A DNA stretch of 64,000 nucleotides, from the IMG/VR virus record IMGVR_UViG_3300007513_000001, positions 229,410 to 293,409 of that record. The stretch is one strand, 5' to 3'. Of the stretch, positions 28,089 through 37,990 are shown in pieces (positions within the stretch are counted from its first letter, which is position 1; each line of letters opens with the position of its first letter). The translations under genes were made by a program, and so were the position numbers. The notes under the pieces are model-generated. The model was not told the origin of the DNA and made no database searches. It saw nothing but the letters and a program-made list of their open reading frames with translations.

Positions 28089-28367
28089 ATGAGCATGCCA
28101 AAAGGATACCAAAGCGAACACGGATACGCAACTGTTTCTTCGGAAGAAGGTTGTATGGGCTATCGAGAAATTGCTGAAAAAATGACAGATGAGGGTGATA
28201 AAATGAATCACTCTACTGCCAGGAATGTTTTTCTCCGTGCGATGGAGAAGCTTGCTTCTCCAGTTTGCAAAATTTATGGTGAGAAAAATTATTCTGCGAT
28301 GGCTAGAGATCCAAGGTTTCAATCATGTATGCAAGAGATTATTGAAGACCTCGGGGTTGATATTTAA
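28089..28367 (+). CDS. sigma region-4.2-like HTH protein
   Basis: GYREIAEKM...NHSTARNVFLRAMEKLA; in frame with sigma gene after TAA-ATC; own SD AGGAG at 28073. Confidence 0.6.
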   Translation: MSMPKGYQSEHGYATVSSEEGCMGYREIAEKMTDEGDKMNHSTARNVFLRAMEKLASPVCKIYGEKNYSAMARDPRFQSCMQEIIEDLGVDI

Positions 28368-28382
28368 TAATAGGAGAACATT

Positions 28383-28793
28383 ATGTCTGTTTCTTGGGAA
28401 TTTTTTGCTGGTCGAAGATCAGTGTCATTGAGAGAGATTTTAGAAGCTGAGGGTATTTCTTCGTATGAAGAATTGGTCATTTCGCTTAAACACATGGGAG
28501 TACGCGCGCCCTTGGAGAAAGAAGTAGCTTGGATGTTTAATGAGAAATCTGATAAGATTCAAGTTCCTTGCGATCCGAATATGACTGCGGAAGAAATGCA
28601 AGAAGCTCGGAAAGAAATTACTAACATTATTATAGAGGGAGATCCAGAAGCTTTAGTGCCTCAAATTAAAGCGGAACTCCCAACTGGAGGAATTAAGCCG
28701 CTTGATGCCAGCAAAGGAGGAGTCAGCAAAGAAGAAAAGACTCCCCAAAGGAGGAAGAGAAGAACTCGCAAAACTACTAAAGCGGAGAAGTGA
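28383..28793 (+). CDS. hypothetical protein
   Basis: SD AGGAG; basic tail. Confidence 0.7.
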   Translation: MSVSWEFFAGRRSVSLREILEAEGISSYEELVISLKHMGVRAPLEKEVAWMFNEKSDKIQVPCDPNMTAEEMQEARKEITNIIIEGDPEALVPQIKAELPTGGIKPLDASKGGVSKEEKTPQRRKRRTRKTTKAEK

Positions 28794-29035
28794 TGAAGGT
28801 TTCACTTCCTCACGGATCTGAGCTCGACACTGAGACAAATGAAATAAAGATTAATTTAGGGAGCGTGATTTTAAATTTTTCTCTTGAAGAATGGGAAGAA
28901 TTTATAACTATAATAAGTGACATTGATACAGTGCTTCAATCTAATTTAAAAGCTGAATCTTTTATTTGTCCGTCTTGCGGTTCTGCGAATAATTCTTACG
29001 AATATAATGAGCCAACTGAAGAAGAATATAATTGA
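28790..29035 (+). CDS. small protein with CPSC zinc knuckle
   Basis: FICPSCGS. Confidence 0.65.
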   Translation: MMKVSLPHGSELDTETNEIKINLGSVILNFSLEEWEEFITIISDIDTVLQSNLKAESFICPSCGSANNSYEYNEPTEEEYN

Positions 29036-29264
29036 AAAAGATGGCACTCTAGTAAAGCTAAAGCCTGGTAAATACCTTAAAAGCAAATATGAGCGTGCTC
29101 CAAAAGCAAACAGTAATTTTCTAGAACTCAAAGAAAGTAAAGAAGCTTTGATTTTAGAAAATCTCGGAGGCTACAATTCTTCTTTAGCGCGCTCAGCTTA
29201 TCTTTCTCTTTTAGATAGCGAACTAGTTATTGTTTGGCAAGATCAATTCGAGAAGATTAAATGA
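29007..29264 (+). CDS. small hypothetical protein
   Basis: Overlapping operon ORF. Confidence 0.6.
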   Translation: MSQLKKNIIEKDGTLVKLKPGKYLKSKYERAPKANSNFLELKESKEALILENLGGYNSSLARSAYLSLLDSELVIVWQDQFEKIK

Positions 29265-29443
29265 ATATAGAAAAGTGGATTCCAAACAGTGTTCTTTATG
29301 GAGCTATTGGCGTGAATTATGTGTTGGCTTTATTTGGAGCTTATGTAGCTTCTACAGAAATAATGATATTATCAATAGTTTCAATCGCTAGCTGTGGAGT
29401 ATCTCTTTGGGCAAGAGCTAAACAAAAAAATGATAAAAGCTAA
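29261..29443 (+). CDS. small two-TM membrane protein
   Basis: Two hydrophobic helices. Confidence 0.65.
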   Translation: MNIEKWIPNSVLYGAIGVNYVLALFGAYVASTEIMILSIVSIASCGVSLWARAKQKNDKS

Positions 29444-29479
29444 AATGTCAAATATAATATATGCACCAATGGGAGATTT

Positions 29480-30148
29480 ATGTCTTATAGAAAACCACTT
29501 CAATGGCCCAATAGCTTGCTTAAATTAAAAGCTGAAGATGTTACGCCTGATACCAGTCTTTCTAATCTTTTTGAAGATATGGTAGATACTTTAAAAATTG
29601 AAAGAGGCGCTGGATTAGCGGCGCCGCAGATTAATCAAAGCTTGAATGTGATAATGATAGACGTTGCAGAGTGGGAAGAGTCTGCTGCGTTCATTCAGAA
29701 GCTTTCTGAGGAACTTGTCGAAGAAAGATATTGGTTCTTATTGAACCCAAGGTTGGATTTATCAGAAGAGCGGCAGCGTTGGTCTGAAGGGTGTCTATCA
29801 GTCCCGTGGGTCAGCGCTGAAGTAGAAAGATCGTCTGTGTGCTCAGTAAGTTATTTGACAAGAGATTTTGAATCGAAAGAAATTAATTTACCATGGCCTC
29901 TTTCAGGTGCTGTACAACATGAATTTGATCATTTAGAAGGAAAGCTTTTTTTAGATAGAGTTAGCCGTCTTAAGTCTAGTCGTCTTAAGAAGTTTATCAC
30001 TAAAAAGAGAAAAAAGATAAAAGATGTTAGAGAAGATTTGCTTCGAGACCCCGAAGAAAAAAAGATTGGCGGAAAAAAGAGAAATTTAACCCTCAGTAAG
30101 AAAGAGGTTAAAAGAAGAAAGCTTTCAAGAAAAATTAATTCTCGCTGA
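29480..30148 (+). CDS. def: peptide deformylase
   Basis: GAGLAAPQ, EGCLSV, QHEFDHLEG; long basic C-terminal tail. Confidence 0.95.
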   Translation: MSYRKPLQWPNSLLKLKAEDVTPDTSLSNLFEDMVDTLKIERGAGLAAPQINQSLNVIMIDVAEWEESAAFIQKLSEELVEERYWFLLNPRLDLSEERQRWSEGCLSVPWVSAEVERSSVCSVSYLTRDFESKEINLPWPLSGAVQHEFDHLEGKLFLDRVSRLKSSRLKKFITKKRKKIKDVREDLLRDPEEKKIGGKKRNLTLSKKEVKRRKLSRKINSR

Positions 30149-30229
30149 GATAAATTATTTTGAATTATTTTGCAAAAAAATTGAATAAAATGGGCCTCTC
30201 ATACGGCTAATAGACAGCAGGAGGGAAAA

Positions 30230-30517
30230 ATGACTGCTTTAATTTTAATCGGAACAATGTTTTTAGGGGCTCCAGAAGCCCATGCTCACGCACCACGGCG
30301 CCACCAACGAACAACGGCCGCTCAAGTGCAAATTAATTTTCACTGGGCTTGGGTAAAGGGGCGTTGGTCCCATGGGACCTGGGTAAATGGTCATTGGACT
30401 CGTCGTCCCGGACCACATCCAGATGCTCATCAGCATGATATGCGCTGGATTCCTGGTCACTATGAGGGCAGAGGGCCACGCAAGCACTGGGTGCCAGGAC
30501 ACTGGTCTCGTAAGTAA
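30230..30517 (+). CDS. exported WxxGxW-repeat protein
   Basis: Signal peptide; WVKGRW, WVNGHW, WIPGHY, WVPGHW. Confidence 0.8.
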   Translation: MTALILIGTMFLGAPEAHAHAPRRHQRTTAAQVQINFHWAWVKGRWSHGTWVNGHWTRRPGPHPDAHQHDMRWIPGHYEGRGPRKHWVPGHWSRK

Positions 30518-30544
30518 ATCTTTCGTCTTTATATTTAATTGCGT

Positions 30545-30796
30545 ATGACAACGCAAGAAATACAAAATAATCGGTTTTTCCGCTACTGCCTTCGAAGGTA
30601 TGAATCTTTTGGCCCTTCTCAATTAGAAGAAGCTAAATTAAAGCTTATTCTTCGCATGACAACTAACACTGGTTGGGAACCCGAAGCTTTTTGGGAGCTT
30701 TTTGAAGACTTGTTAAAAAGTAATAATTGGTCTGAAGCTCAAGTCTGTGCTTACTTTGAAGTTTGTAGCATAGGCGAACTTGAAGTGGAGTTATAA
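30545..30796 (+). CDS. small hypothetical protein
   Basis: ORF track 30539; second ATG chosen. Confidence 0.55.
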   Translation: MTTQEIQNNRFFRYCLRRYESFGPSQLEEAKLKLILRMTTNTGWEPEAFWELFEDLLKSNNWSEAQVCAYFEVCSIGELEVEL

Positions 30797-30799
30797 ATT

Positions 30800-30910
30800 A
30801 TGGCATTGAAAGAATATACTATCATCGGAGCTTTTGCGGCTTTTTTGTTTGTGGTTTGTTTTAAGACAACGATGTTTCTAGGCGATTTGCTTGGATCTTT
30901 TGTGTACTAG
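30800..30910 (+). CDS. 36-aa hydrophobic peptide (not in ORF track)
   Basis: MALKEYTIIGAFAAFLFVVCF...; fills the gap after a GGAG. Confidence 0.5.
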   Translation: MALKEYTIIGAFAAFLFVVCFKTTMFLGDLLGSFVY

Positions 30911-30935
30911 CATTATATTTATCGGAGAGGTAAAA

Positions 30936-31133
30936 ATGCCAATTGAAGAACTAATACAATACGCAGTTAGCAATCGTCAATACAGCGAAGAGCTATCAGA
31001 AGAACTTTCTACTTACGGTATTTCTGAACTTCTTAAGCACGTAGATTATCCTACTGCTCTAGTTATTTTAGAGAGAGCGCAAGAGGGAATAATGAGAGCC
31101 AGACATACGCTTAACATGTTTGGAAGAGATTAA
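30936..31133 (+). CDS. small hypothetical protein
   Basis: ATG after GAGG SD. Confidence 0.6.
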   Translation: MPIEELIQYAVSNRQYSEELSEELSTYGISELLKHVDYPTALVILERAQEGIMRARHTLNMFGRD

Positions 31134-31190
31134 GCTCTAAGATGTACTAGTCGAATAGCTGGTTATAATCGTATAAGAGGTTATAACCAC

Positions 31191-31553
31191 ATGAAGTTTG
31201 ATCACATAGCTTTAAGCTGCAAATCTATTATTTCGTCTGTGGAGTGGTATGTCCGCCGCTTTAATGCCGAAATTTTGTATGAAGATACGACATGGGCGAT
31301 GTTGAATGTTGGCGGTCAGCGCGTAGCACTCACTATTCCAACTGAACATCCAGCTCATATTGCTATCAATGTAGAGTCTTTTGATAATTTTCCCGAAGGC
31401 TCAGAAATTAAGTTCCATCGGGATGGAAGCATGTATTGTTACGTGACAGATCCCGACAACAACACAGTAGAATACATTTATTGGCCAAAGGAGGCGCGAA
31501 ATGAGCGAAACAACAAAACAACAGAAAAAGTGGAAGACTGGGAGAGTATTTAA
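31191..31553 (+). CDS. VOC/glyoxalase-family protein
   Basis: FDHIAL, HIAI, YVTDPDNNTVE. Confidence 0.85.
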   Translation: MKFDHIALSCKSIISSVEWYVRRFNAEILYEDTTWAMLNVGGQRVALTIPTEHPAHIAINVESFDNFPEGSEIKFHRDGSMYCYVTDPDNNTVEYIYWPKEARNERNNKTTEKVEDWESI

Positions 31554-31764
31554 TTCTTTTCTAGAAGCTGATGAGTTTAGGAAAACATTGTTAGAGCAAG
31601 ACTTATCGAATATGCTCCTTGTAAAAGTGCGCCGGTGTGGAGACGGCGGATCTAAATTTAAAATCAAGACGTGGACTCCACCAGCTCAAAAGAAAAAGAT
31701 TGAAGATAAAAAGTCTAATAAGAATAATAATAAGCCCACTAGAAAGAAGAAAAATACCCGCTAG
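31501..31764 (+). CDS. basic hypothetical protein
   Basis: SD GGAGG at 31489. Confidence 0.7.
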   Translation: MSETTKQQKKWKTGRVFNSFLEADEFRKTLLEQDLSNMLLVKVRRCGDGGSKFKIKTWTPPAQKKKIEDKKSNKNNNKPTRKKKNTR

Positions 31765-31799
31765 CGAAATAGTTATTTGAAGTTGTAGGGAAATGATTC

Positions 31800-33818
31800 A
31801 TGAGAAGAAGAAGAAATCGTAAAATTTTAGATTCTATACTTTTAGAAGAATTACTTGTAGAAGCTAGCAATTCTATTAGTGCTAGCACCATGAGACAAGC
31901 TGTCCAAGAAGCCTTGAAAAGTACTGGTCAGTTTGATTTTCCGGAATCGTCTAACAGTCGTCAAAAAAGTCGCGGGATAAGGATAAACCCATCTTCCGCT
32001 TTAGATGAAAAAACTAAAGATGAAATCACCAGAGCGCTGAAAGACGCTGCGGCAACTGTGGGGTTGAAACTTGGAGAACTTGCGCTTCCAAAAAGCACGC
32101 CTGCAGGACGCAAAAAACCGGTTTCCGGAACCTTTTATTCTTGGCCGATCGCTAATATTAGAGAATGGCTTCAAAAATCTAGAGGGCCACAAATCAAAAC
32201 CGGCGCGTACTGGATTCAAAAAGTGCTAGGAGACCGCGATCTACCTTCTATTCATAAAGAGATGAGAACTAGTTCGAAGACATTGGACGATGAGTTTATT
32301 GTTGTCAACGCTCGGTCCCTTCAAAATAAGCTCTTCACCGGACAGGGCTTAGGCGAGTTGGCCGAGCACGCGACAGCTGCAGCTATCAATGGCGAGTCCG
32401 GGGCTGTAGACGCGTTAAATCCTTCGGGTGGATTCTATGATGCTGTTGAGGGCGCTATACTTAATAATTCTTGGAAAAAAGCAGACGATAATCTCAAGGC
32501 TTCTTTTGCAGAGGCTTATACAAAAATGCGGGATAAAGCTTCTGCTAACATAGGGAAGATTGCCGGACAGGGTTTCGATTTTGGCGCTGCTCAAGTTGAA
32601 GGTGGCGGTTCTTCTTACGATGTTGTGACAACAACTGCACTCGTCCACGTAAAATATGATGATCCAAGCCGACTTTCTGGATTGCAGCAAAAAACAGAAG
32701 ATCCTTCATCAGGTAAGGTTTCCAAAGCAAAGAAAAGTACGCCTGATGAAGAAGTCGCTTTTGGAGCTTCAGACAGATATTGGAAGAATCAACGCGCAGC
32801 TTTCAAAGAGGCTATAAACAAAGCAGGCGTAAGAAAAGACAAAGAGCTGTTAGGGGAATGGGGTTTTTATGAAGTTCTTTTAAACGGTGGGCCATATACT
32901 AAAATACAACAATCTACTGATCCGGCAATCGAAGCATGGAAAGCATCTGTTACACCTGGTGAAATCGCCGATAAATTAATTCAAGATATCAAACGCGAAT
33001 TCGGCGAGAGCCAAAGAAAAGACGCTCAAGGCAACCAAATGCCACAATTTTATTTTAGTTATTTTCCACTGGGAGAAGACGATTATAGGTTAAAAATAGA
33101 GTCAGTTGAATTTGGAGATACGCGGGGTCCTGCAGATATAGCAGGGTCAATTACTCTTTACTCTCCCGATGGACAGCAGACTACAGTAAGAAATTTAGAA
33201 ATAGTAATGAACCCCTCTTACAAGGGAAGAGAGGGAGGAACTCAAATAGGCAAAGTGTATAATGCAGTTTCTGGTAATAGAACTATTTTTGAAATAGAGT
33301 TTCGAGCCGAAAATTCAGCAAAGCCAATCCAGGTTCACCGAGGCGACGGTTTCAGTGTTGAGCCCGAATCTACTGATACAGCTATGGCCACAGTTTTAGT
33401 AAATGAAATTAGAAAGATGATTCGAAGAATTATTCGAGAAGAGAATGAAAGATCTAACATTTCGTTTTGTGATCGCGTAGCTGAATCTCTTCTCTTAGAA
33501 GAGCTTACAAAATCTGATAAAAAAGAAATCGAAAAAATGATTAAAAAGAGAATCGAAGCTGATAGATCTGAACAGAAAAAGATAATTCAAAAAGAGATGG
33601 CAGTTGAGCTTAAAAAGAATTTGGGCAAAGATTTTTTTGGAAATCCAAATAAGCTGCATAAAGCAATCCAAGAAATCGCGAATGAAGAATTGATGAAAGA
33701 ATTTTCTAAGGGCAAAGCAAGAGACGAAGTTGTTGATATTACTAAAAAGGTTCTTAAGAAATTTTATAGAGAAATTTCGTTTAGCTCGAATATCGTCATT
33801 GACAGAGTTAAACTCTAA
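31800..33818 (+). CDS. large multi-module hypothetical protein, probable virion component
   Basis: ILLEELLVEA near N-terminus; IRKMIRRIIREE and LLLEEL precede a ~100-aa C-terminal module. Confidence 0.8.
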   Translation: MRRRRNRKILDSILLEELLVEASNSISASTMRQAVQEALKSTGQFDFPESSNSRQKSRGIRINPSSALDEKTKDEITRALKDAAATVGLKLGELALPKSTPAGRKKPVSGTFYSWPIANIREWLQKSRGPQIKTGAYWIQKVLGDRDLPSIHKEMRTSSKTLDDEFIVVNARSLQNKLFTGQGLGELAEHATAAAINGESGAVDALNPSGGFYDAVEGAILNNSWKKADDNLKASFAEAYTKMRDKASANIGKIAGQGFDFGAAQVEGGGSSYDVVTTTALVHVKYDDPSRLSGLQQKTEDPSSGKVSKAKKSTPDEEVAFGASDRYWKNQRAAFKEAINKAGVRKDKELLGEWGFYEVLLNGGPYTKIQQSTDPAIEAWKASVTPGEIADKLIQDIKREFGESQRKDAQGNQMPQFYFSYFPLGEDDYRLKIESVEFGDTRGPADIAGSITLYSPDGQQTTVRNLEIVMNPSYKGREGGTQIGKVYNAVSGNRTIFEIEFRAENSAKPIQVHRGDGFSVEPESTDTAMATVLVNEIRKMIRRIIREENERSNISFCDRVAESLLLEELTKSDKKEIEKMIKKRIEADRSEQKKIIQKEMAVELKKNLGKDFFGNPNKLHKAIQEIANEELMKEFSKGKARDEVVDITKKVLKKFYREISFSSNIVIDRVKL

Positions 33819-33860
33819 GCAGCTCATTGTTATACTGGTTTTATTAATCGGAATCTTACA

Positions 33861-34622
33861 ATGTTAGATCAATTATCAATGCTTTTAGAGATTTATGAAG
33901 ATCGCGGAATAAAGTCACGAGAGTACTACTTTATGCGAGATATGGAATATAACCTTAAGAGAGACAGGAATATCTCAGAGGGCCAGCTTGCTTGGCTAGA
34001 TAAGATTCTGAAAAGAGGCGCACCCCAACCTGTGGATCATGATTCTTTAGCAAAAATAGAGTCTTTGCTGGAATTGGGGAAAGCTTCTTCTTCAAAGAAT
34101 AAAGTTTTACTTAATCTGCGCAGTCAAGTATATAGTGGAAAAACTCTGACAGCAAAACAACAAAATCTTATAGCTGAAATAGAATCTCAATTGATTACGT
34201 TTCAACCCTTTATTAAAGATTCTGCGACTATAAAAGAGATGAAATGCATTATAAAGCTTTCTAAGTCTCGCCCTAACACCTACTGGAGAATGCGGCCCCA
34301 ACAACACCAAGCTATCTCAGAAATAGGAGATTGGCTAGAGTGGAATCAAGCGAAAAAAACGATTAGAGAGCCAACACTAGACAAGACTTCTTATAAAAAA
34401 ATGCAAGGTATATTCCGTAGGCAGCTTTCTGTTTTGAGAGAATCGCCACACCCCGAGGGGTCAATGCGAGCTATAAAGACAGGAAGTGTATATCACACCG
34501 CAGTCGTAGTGGGTCCGCCGTATATTTCAAGCGAAGGAAATATTTTGCACCCCGTGCTAGTCAACGGACGCGTTAGAGGCGCGAGAACGTTATATGCGTC
34601 ATCGTATGTAAATAATGGGTAA
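33861..34622 (+). CDS. hypothetical protein
   Basis: 253-aa ORF; ISEGQL/LTAKQQ repeats. Confidence 0.7.
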   Translation: MLDQLSMLLEIYEDRGIKSREYYFMRDMEYNLKRDRNISEGQLAWLDKILKRGAPQPVDHDSLAKIESLLELGKASSSKNKVLLNLRSQVYSGKTLTAKQQNLIAEIESQLITFQPFIKDSATIKEMKCIIKLSKSRPNTYWRMRPQQHQAISEIGDWLEWNQAKKTIREPTLDKTSYKKMQGIFRRQLSVLRESPHPEGSMRAIKTGSVYHTAVVVGPPYISSEGNILHPVLVNGRVRGARTLYASSYVNNG

Positions 34623-34664
34623 GTTTGTTATACTTAATGGTCTATTTTTTGAGAGTAAAAAACA

Positions 34665-34907
34665 ATGTTTAAATTAACCACAAGTTCGATCTTTGCCCTT
34701 CTTTCTATTTTGGGTTTCGGATATTCTGTTTCTAGTTATTCAAATCCAGCTTCAAGTAGCGAGATTTCGAAAGTTCAATCACCTTTGCCCAAAGGGGATT
34801 CTTTCAAGCTTATAAAAAGCCCGCTTATCAAAGTTAACGGTGTTAAGTTAGATGAATCCAAAACTTACACGCTCGCAGAAATAGAAAATCGCATTAAGAA
34901 TTTATAA
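34665..34907 (+). CDS. small exported protein
   Basis: Signal-peptide-like N-terminus. Confidence 0.6.
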   Translation: MFKLTTSSIFALLSILGFGYSVSSYSNPASSSEISKVQSPLPKGDSFKLIKSPLIKVNGVKLDESKTYTLAEIENRIKNL

Positions 34908-34967
34908 CATTTTGTACAGCGAATCCTTTTTTTTTATAATTTAAAAAAAGGAGGGGCATTATGCCAG

Positions 34968-35333
34968 GTGTACTATCGAGCTAAAGAATTGGCGATTAAT
35001 AATGGGCGTACTTATCATCTTGCTGCTATTTTGAGGCGAAATGGTAGAGTCGTTCGCATTGGTGAAAATACTCATAAGACTCATCCTAGATTTAAACGCC
35101 AATACAAAGACGGGACTTGGGGTTCTCATATGCATGCTGAAATGAATGTTCTTCGTTTTGCCAAGCCTGGTGATGAGCTAGAAGTTATCCGATTTACTAA
35201 ATGCAATCACGAACGAACAATGGCGCGCCCATGCGATCTCTGCATGGAAGAAATTAAAAAGTCGAAGATTAAAAAAGTTAGGTACACTAATTGGGATGGT
35301 GAGTGGGAGGAGTTTAGAGTAGATGGCGATTAA
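34968..35333 (+). CDS. zinc-dependent cytidine-deaminase-fold protein
   Basis: HAEMNVL and ARPCDLC; GTG start. Confidence 0.85.
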   Translation: MYYRAKELAINNGRTYHLAAILRRNGRVVRIGENTHKTHPRFKRQYKDGTWGSHMHAEMNVLRFAKPGDELEVIRFTKCNHERTMARPCDLCMEEIKKSKIKKVRYTNWDGEWEEFRVDGD

Positions 35334-35541
35334 GAAAAATGACTTAGTGAAATTTAAAGATTCTAGGCTGTACGAAGTTTTGGGAATTCAGTTCGGTTCT
35401 CCGCTTATTGTTGTGCGTGGACCTTACGAGGGTAGAAATTATAATCCGGGAAAAAATACTGCACTAGCTATTGTTGTGGACTTAATGGCTGGTGTTTCTA
35501 TTCTAGAAAAGATTAAAGTTGATGAATTAGAAAGGGTGTGA
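35323..35541 (+). CDS. small SH3-like hypothetical protein
   Basis: IKKNDLVKF start. Confidence 0.6.
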   Translation: MAIKKNDLVKFKDSRLYEVLGIQFGSPLIVVRGPYEGRNYNPGKNTALAIVVDLMAGVSILEKIKVDELERV

Positions 35542-35545
35542 TTAT

Positions 35546-36367
35546 ATGCCAAAAGATCCGTTCGCTATTTTGGGAATAAGCAGAAAAGCTTCAGAAAAAG
35601 AAATTAAAGCTGCTTATAGAAAACTGGCAGTAAAATATCATCCTGATAAAAACCCTGATAATCCAGAAGCAATAAGAAAATTTAAAGAAATTACTGAAGC
35701 TTACGAAAGAGCTCTCAATCCGCCAGCACACCACCCACCTCCGCAGGGCTTTGATTTTAGAGATCCCTTTTCTTCATTTTTTGATGAAGCGTTTTTTGGA
35801 GCAAATCGTTTTGCAGATATACCTCTAGACAATGAACTTACTTGTAAGATAAGTTTTATAGAGGCAGTTCGCGGAGGGAAAATTCATATTAGGTATGATA
35901 GGCTACATTCTACTCCTCGAGGATTTCAAGCTAAAAATCAAGAAGCGATAATTACTATTCCACCCGGAGTTAAAAACGGTCAAATTCTTCGAATGAGAGG
36001 GCTTGGGAATATTTCTAGAGCTCGCAAGGGAGACTTGTATGTGCACATTAGCTGTCCATCAGAAACATCAGAGTTTTCTCGGAGAAATTTAGATATTTTC
36101 TCTACAAAAGAAGTAGATTATCTAGACGCCATTTTGGGTTGTAGACTTAGAGTAAAGACGATTCACGGCTCTCGAGATATTACACTTCCCCGTTTTCACG
36201 ATGTAAATATTCCCATTGTTATAAAAGGCGCAGGTATAAGAGCGGGAGACTCTTCTGGAAGCCATTGTATTCAGCTTAGAATAAAAACATCTTCTAAAAT
36301 TTCCAAAGAAGAAGAGCTTCTTTTATTAAAAATTAGAGAAACAAGAAATGGACCCCATAGCTCTTAA
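35546..36367 (+). CDS. dnaJ: DnaJ/CbpA-type co-chaperone without zinc finger
   Basis: J-domain with YHPD, G/F region, [20 protein letters not shown]. Confidence 0.92.
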   Translation: MPKDPFAILGISRKASEKEIKAAYRKLAVKYHPDKNPDNPEAIRKFKEITEAYERALNPPAHHPPPQGFDFRDPFSSFFDEAFFGANRFADIPLDNELTCKISFIEAVRGGKIHIRYDRLHSTPRGFQAKNQEAIITIPPGVKNGQILRMRGLGNISRARKGDLYVHISCPSETSEFSRRNLDIFSTKEVDYLDAILGCRLRVKTIHGSRDITLPRFHDVNIPIVIKGAGIRAGDSSGSHCIQLRIKTSSKISKEEELLLLKIRETRNGPHSS

Positions 36368-36713
36368 AAACCTAATTATTTCCTTTATCTTATTTACGTG
36401 CATGCACGCGTGCGTCTGGTGGTCTACAAACGCTCAATTTATGGGAGAGGCTTTAAAAGATAAAAGTCTAGAGATAAGTTTAGCTCTTTCTATTCCTATT
36501 ACATTATTTGCATATTACGCTGCTCGTTATTCATATGGTTCTTTAGGAGAGTCTTTATGGGCTATTCGGTTTATTGGTTTTGGAACTTCTTATTTAATTT
36601 TTCCACTTTTTACTTGGGCTTTTTTTGGTGAATCTATGTTTACCTTGAAAACAACGATCTGTATCTTTCTTTCTTTCTTAATTGTTGCCATTCAGGTATT
36701 CTGGCCCAACTAG
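36348..36713 (+). CDS. small four-TM membrane protein
   Basis: Four hydrophobic helices, SMR/DMT-like size. Confidence 0.7.
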   Translation: MDPIALKNLIISFILFTCMHACVWWSTNAQFMGEALKDKSLEISLALSIPITLFAYYAARYSYGSLGESLWAIRFIGFGTSYLIFPLFTWAFFGESMFTLKTTICIFLSFLIVAIQVFWPN

Positions 36714-36753
36714 CGTGATAATTAGTTCGTGATACCCTTTATCGGATTTTAAT

Positions 36754-37191
36754 ATGGCAAATAAAAAATTGAAGAATCCAGACCTGACATACGCCAGGGG
36801 CAATAAGAAAAATCTCATACTAGATAAACCCTCGAAGTCTCGAGGATATATGAGCGGAAAAGATGTTACCTGGACAGGTGAAGATGCAAACGACACAATT
36901 CACGACTATTTATCTTCTATGGAGATGGTAGAGAATTCACTGCGCCAATTCATAAGAGAAGTAATGCAAAGTCATACCAACGAGCCGATAGTAGGCGACA
37001 GAATAATAAACGTGAACCCTCAGTGTAAACATTACTTAAGTAAAGGAATAGTTACTGATGTGAGTAATCTTCCAAAAGACAAAGGGACAACGGCAACCTA
37101 CATAGTCGTGAACGCAGGTCCAACGTACGAAGAGGGAGATTTTTTAACTAAGACCTTAGATCAACTAGAATTAGATCTGGGCAAGGAGTAA
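36754..37191 (+). CDS. two-module hypothetical protein
   Basis: Internal ENSLRQFIREV linker, then an SH3-like module (VGDRIIN). Confidence 0.7.
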   Translation: MANKKLKNPDLTYARGNKKNLILDKPSKSRGYMSGKDVTWTGEDANDTIHDYLSSMEMVENSLRQFIREVMQSHTNEPIVGDRIINVNPQCKHYLSKGIVTDVSNLPKDKGTTATYIVVNAGPTYEEGDFLTKTLDQLELDLGKE

Positions 37192-37197
37192 TTTATT

Positions 37198-37605
37198 ATG
37201 TTAGAAATTTTATGGAATTTAGTATCTGGAACTTTTATCTCGCTTTGGGGACTAGTTTCAAGTGTAGCAGTTTTTGCTACAGATCTTTTAGTTCATTTGC
37301 ACACTGAAGCTCCCCGATTAGAGGGTTTGTTAGTTGGCATACTTTTAGCTTGGCTTATGGTACGCAGAGACAAGCATCCGCTTTTGAGAGTGCTCAGTGC
37401 CCCGCTTAAGCTAGTAGTTGACATTTTGGATCTTGCTTGGGACCAAGTAGTCGAAGTCGTTTCTGACTTGTGGGGAACTGTAACGGGCTGGGTTTCTGGT
37501 GTTTACAGCTGGGTTAAAGGAAAAGTGACCGGCGTCTACGATCAAGTTTTAAAAGTGCTTACGAGTTTAAAAGATAGATTAGTTAACTTGGGTAAGAAAG
37601 AGTAA
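37198..37605 (+). CDS. membrane protein
   Basis: Hydrophobic and amphipathic helices. Confidence 0.7.
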   Translation: MLEILWNLVSGTFISLWGLVSSVAVFATDLLVHLHTEAPRLEGLLVGILLAWLMVRRDKHPLLRVLSAPLKLVVDILDLAWDQVVEVVSDLWGTVTGWVSGVYSWVKGKVTGVYDQVLKVLTSLKDRLVNLGKKE

Positions 37606-37610
37606 GAGGT

Positions 37611-37982
37611 ATGAAAATCACAAAAAGACAGCTTGGAAGAATTATTAGAGAAGCAATTATAGCCGAAGCCGGTTATGATCAGTTGCCTTTCAAAGATGGT
37701 CAACCATGGCGAGACCCAGACGTTCCATACGACGTGGCTGCAAACCTTCTTCAGCGAGATCTTGAACAAGCTGTTTCTGACGAACTAGATAGAGAGCTTA
37801 CTGACCAAGAAATGGATGATGCTGGTTATTTCGAAGAGGAGAGCTGGCCTTTAAGATTCGGCTATACAGACAAGACCGGTGAAGAAGTCGAGTTCATAGC
37901 CAACAATAGTGCCGATGCAGACGAATTTTTCGCAATGTTCTTTAAAGAATATGGAAGAGACCACCCCTACTCAGTGAATTAG
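37611..37982 (+). CDS. MKITKRQL-leader acidic protein
   Basis: MKITKRQLGRIIREAIIAEA followed by an acidic body. Confidence 0.8.
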   Translation: MKITKRQLGRIIREAIIAEAGYDQLPFKDGQPWRDPDVPYDVAANLLQRDLEQAVSDELDRELTDQEMDDAGYFEEESWPLRFGYTDKTGEEVEFIANNSADADEFFAMFFKEYGRDHPYSVN

Positions 37983-37990
37983 GAATTACA

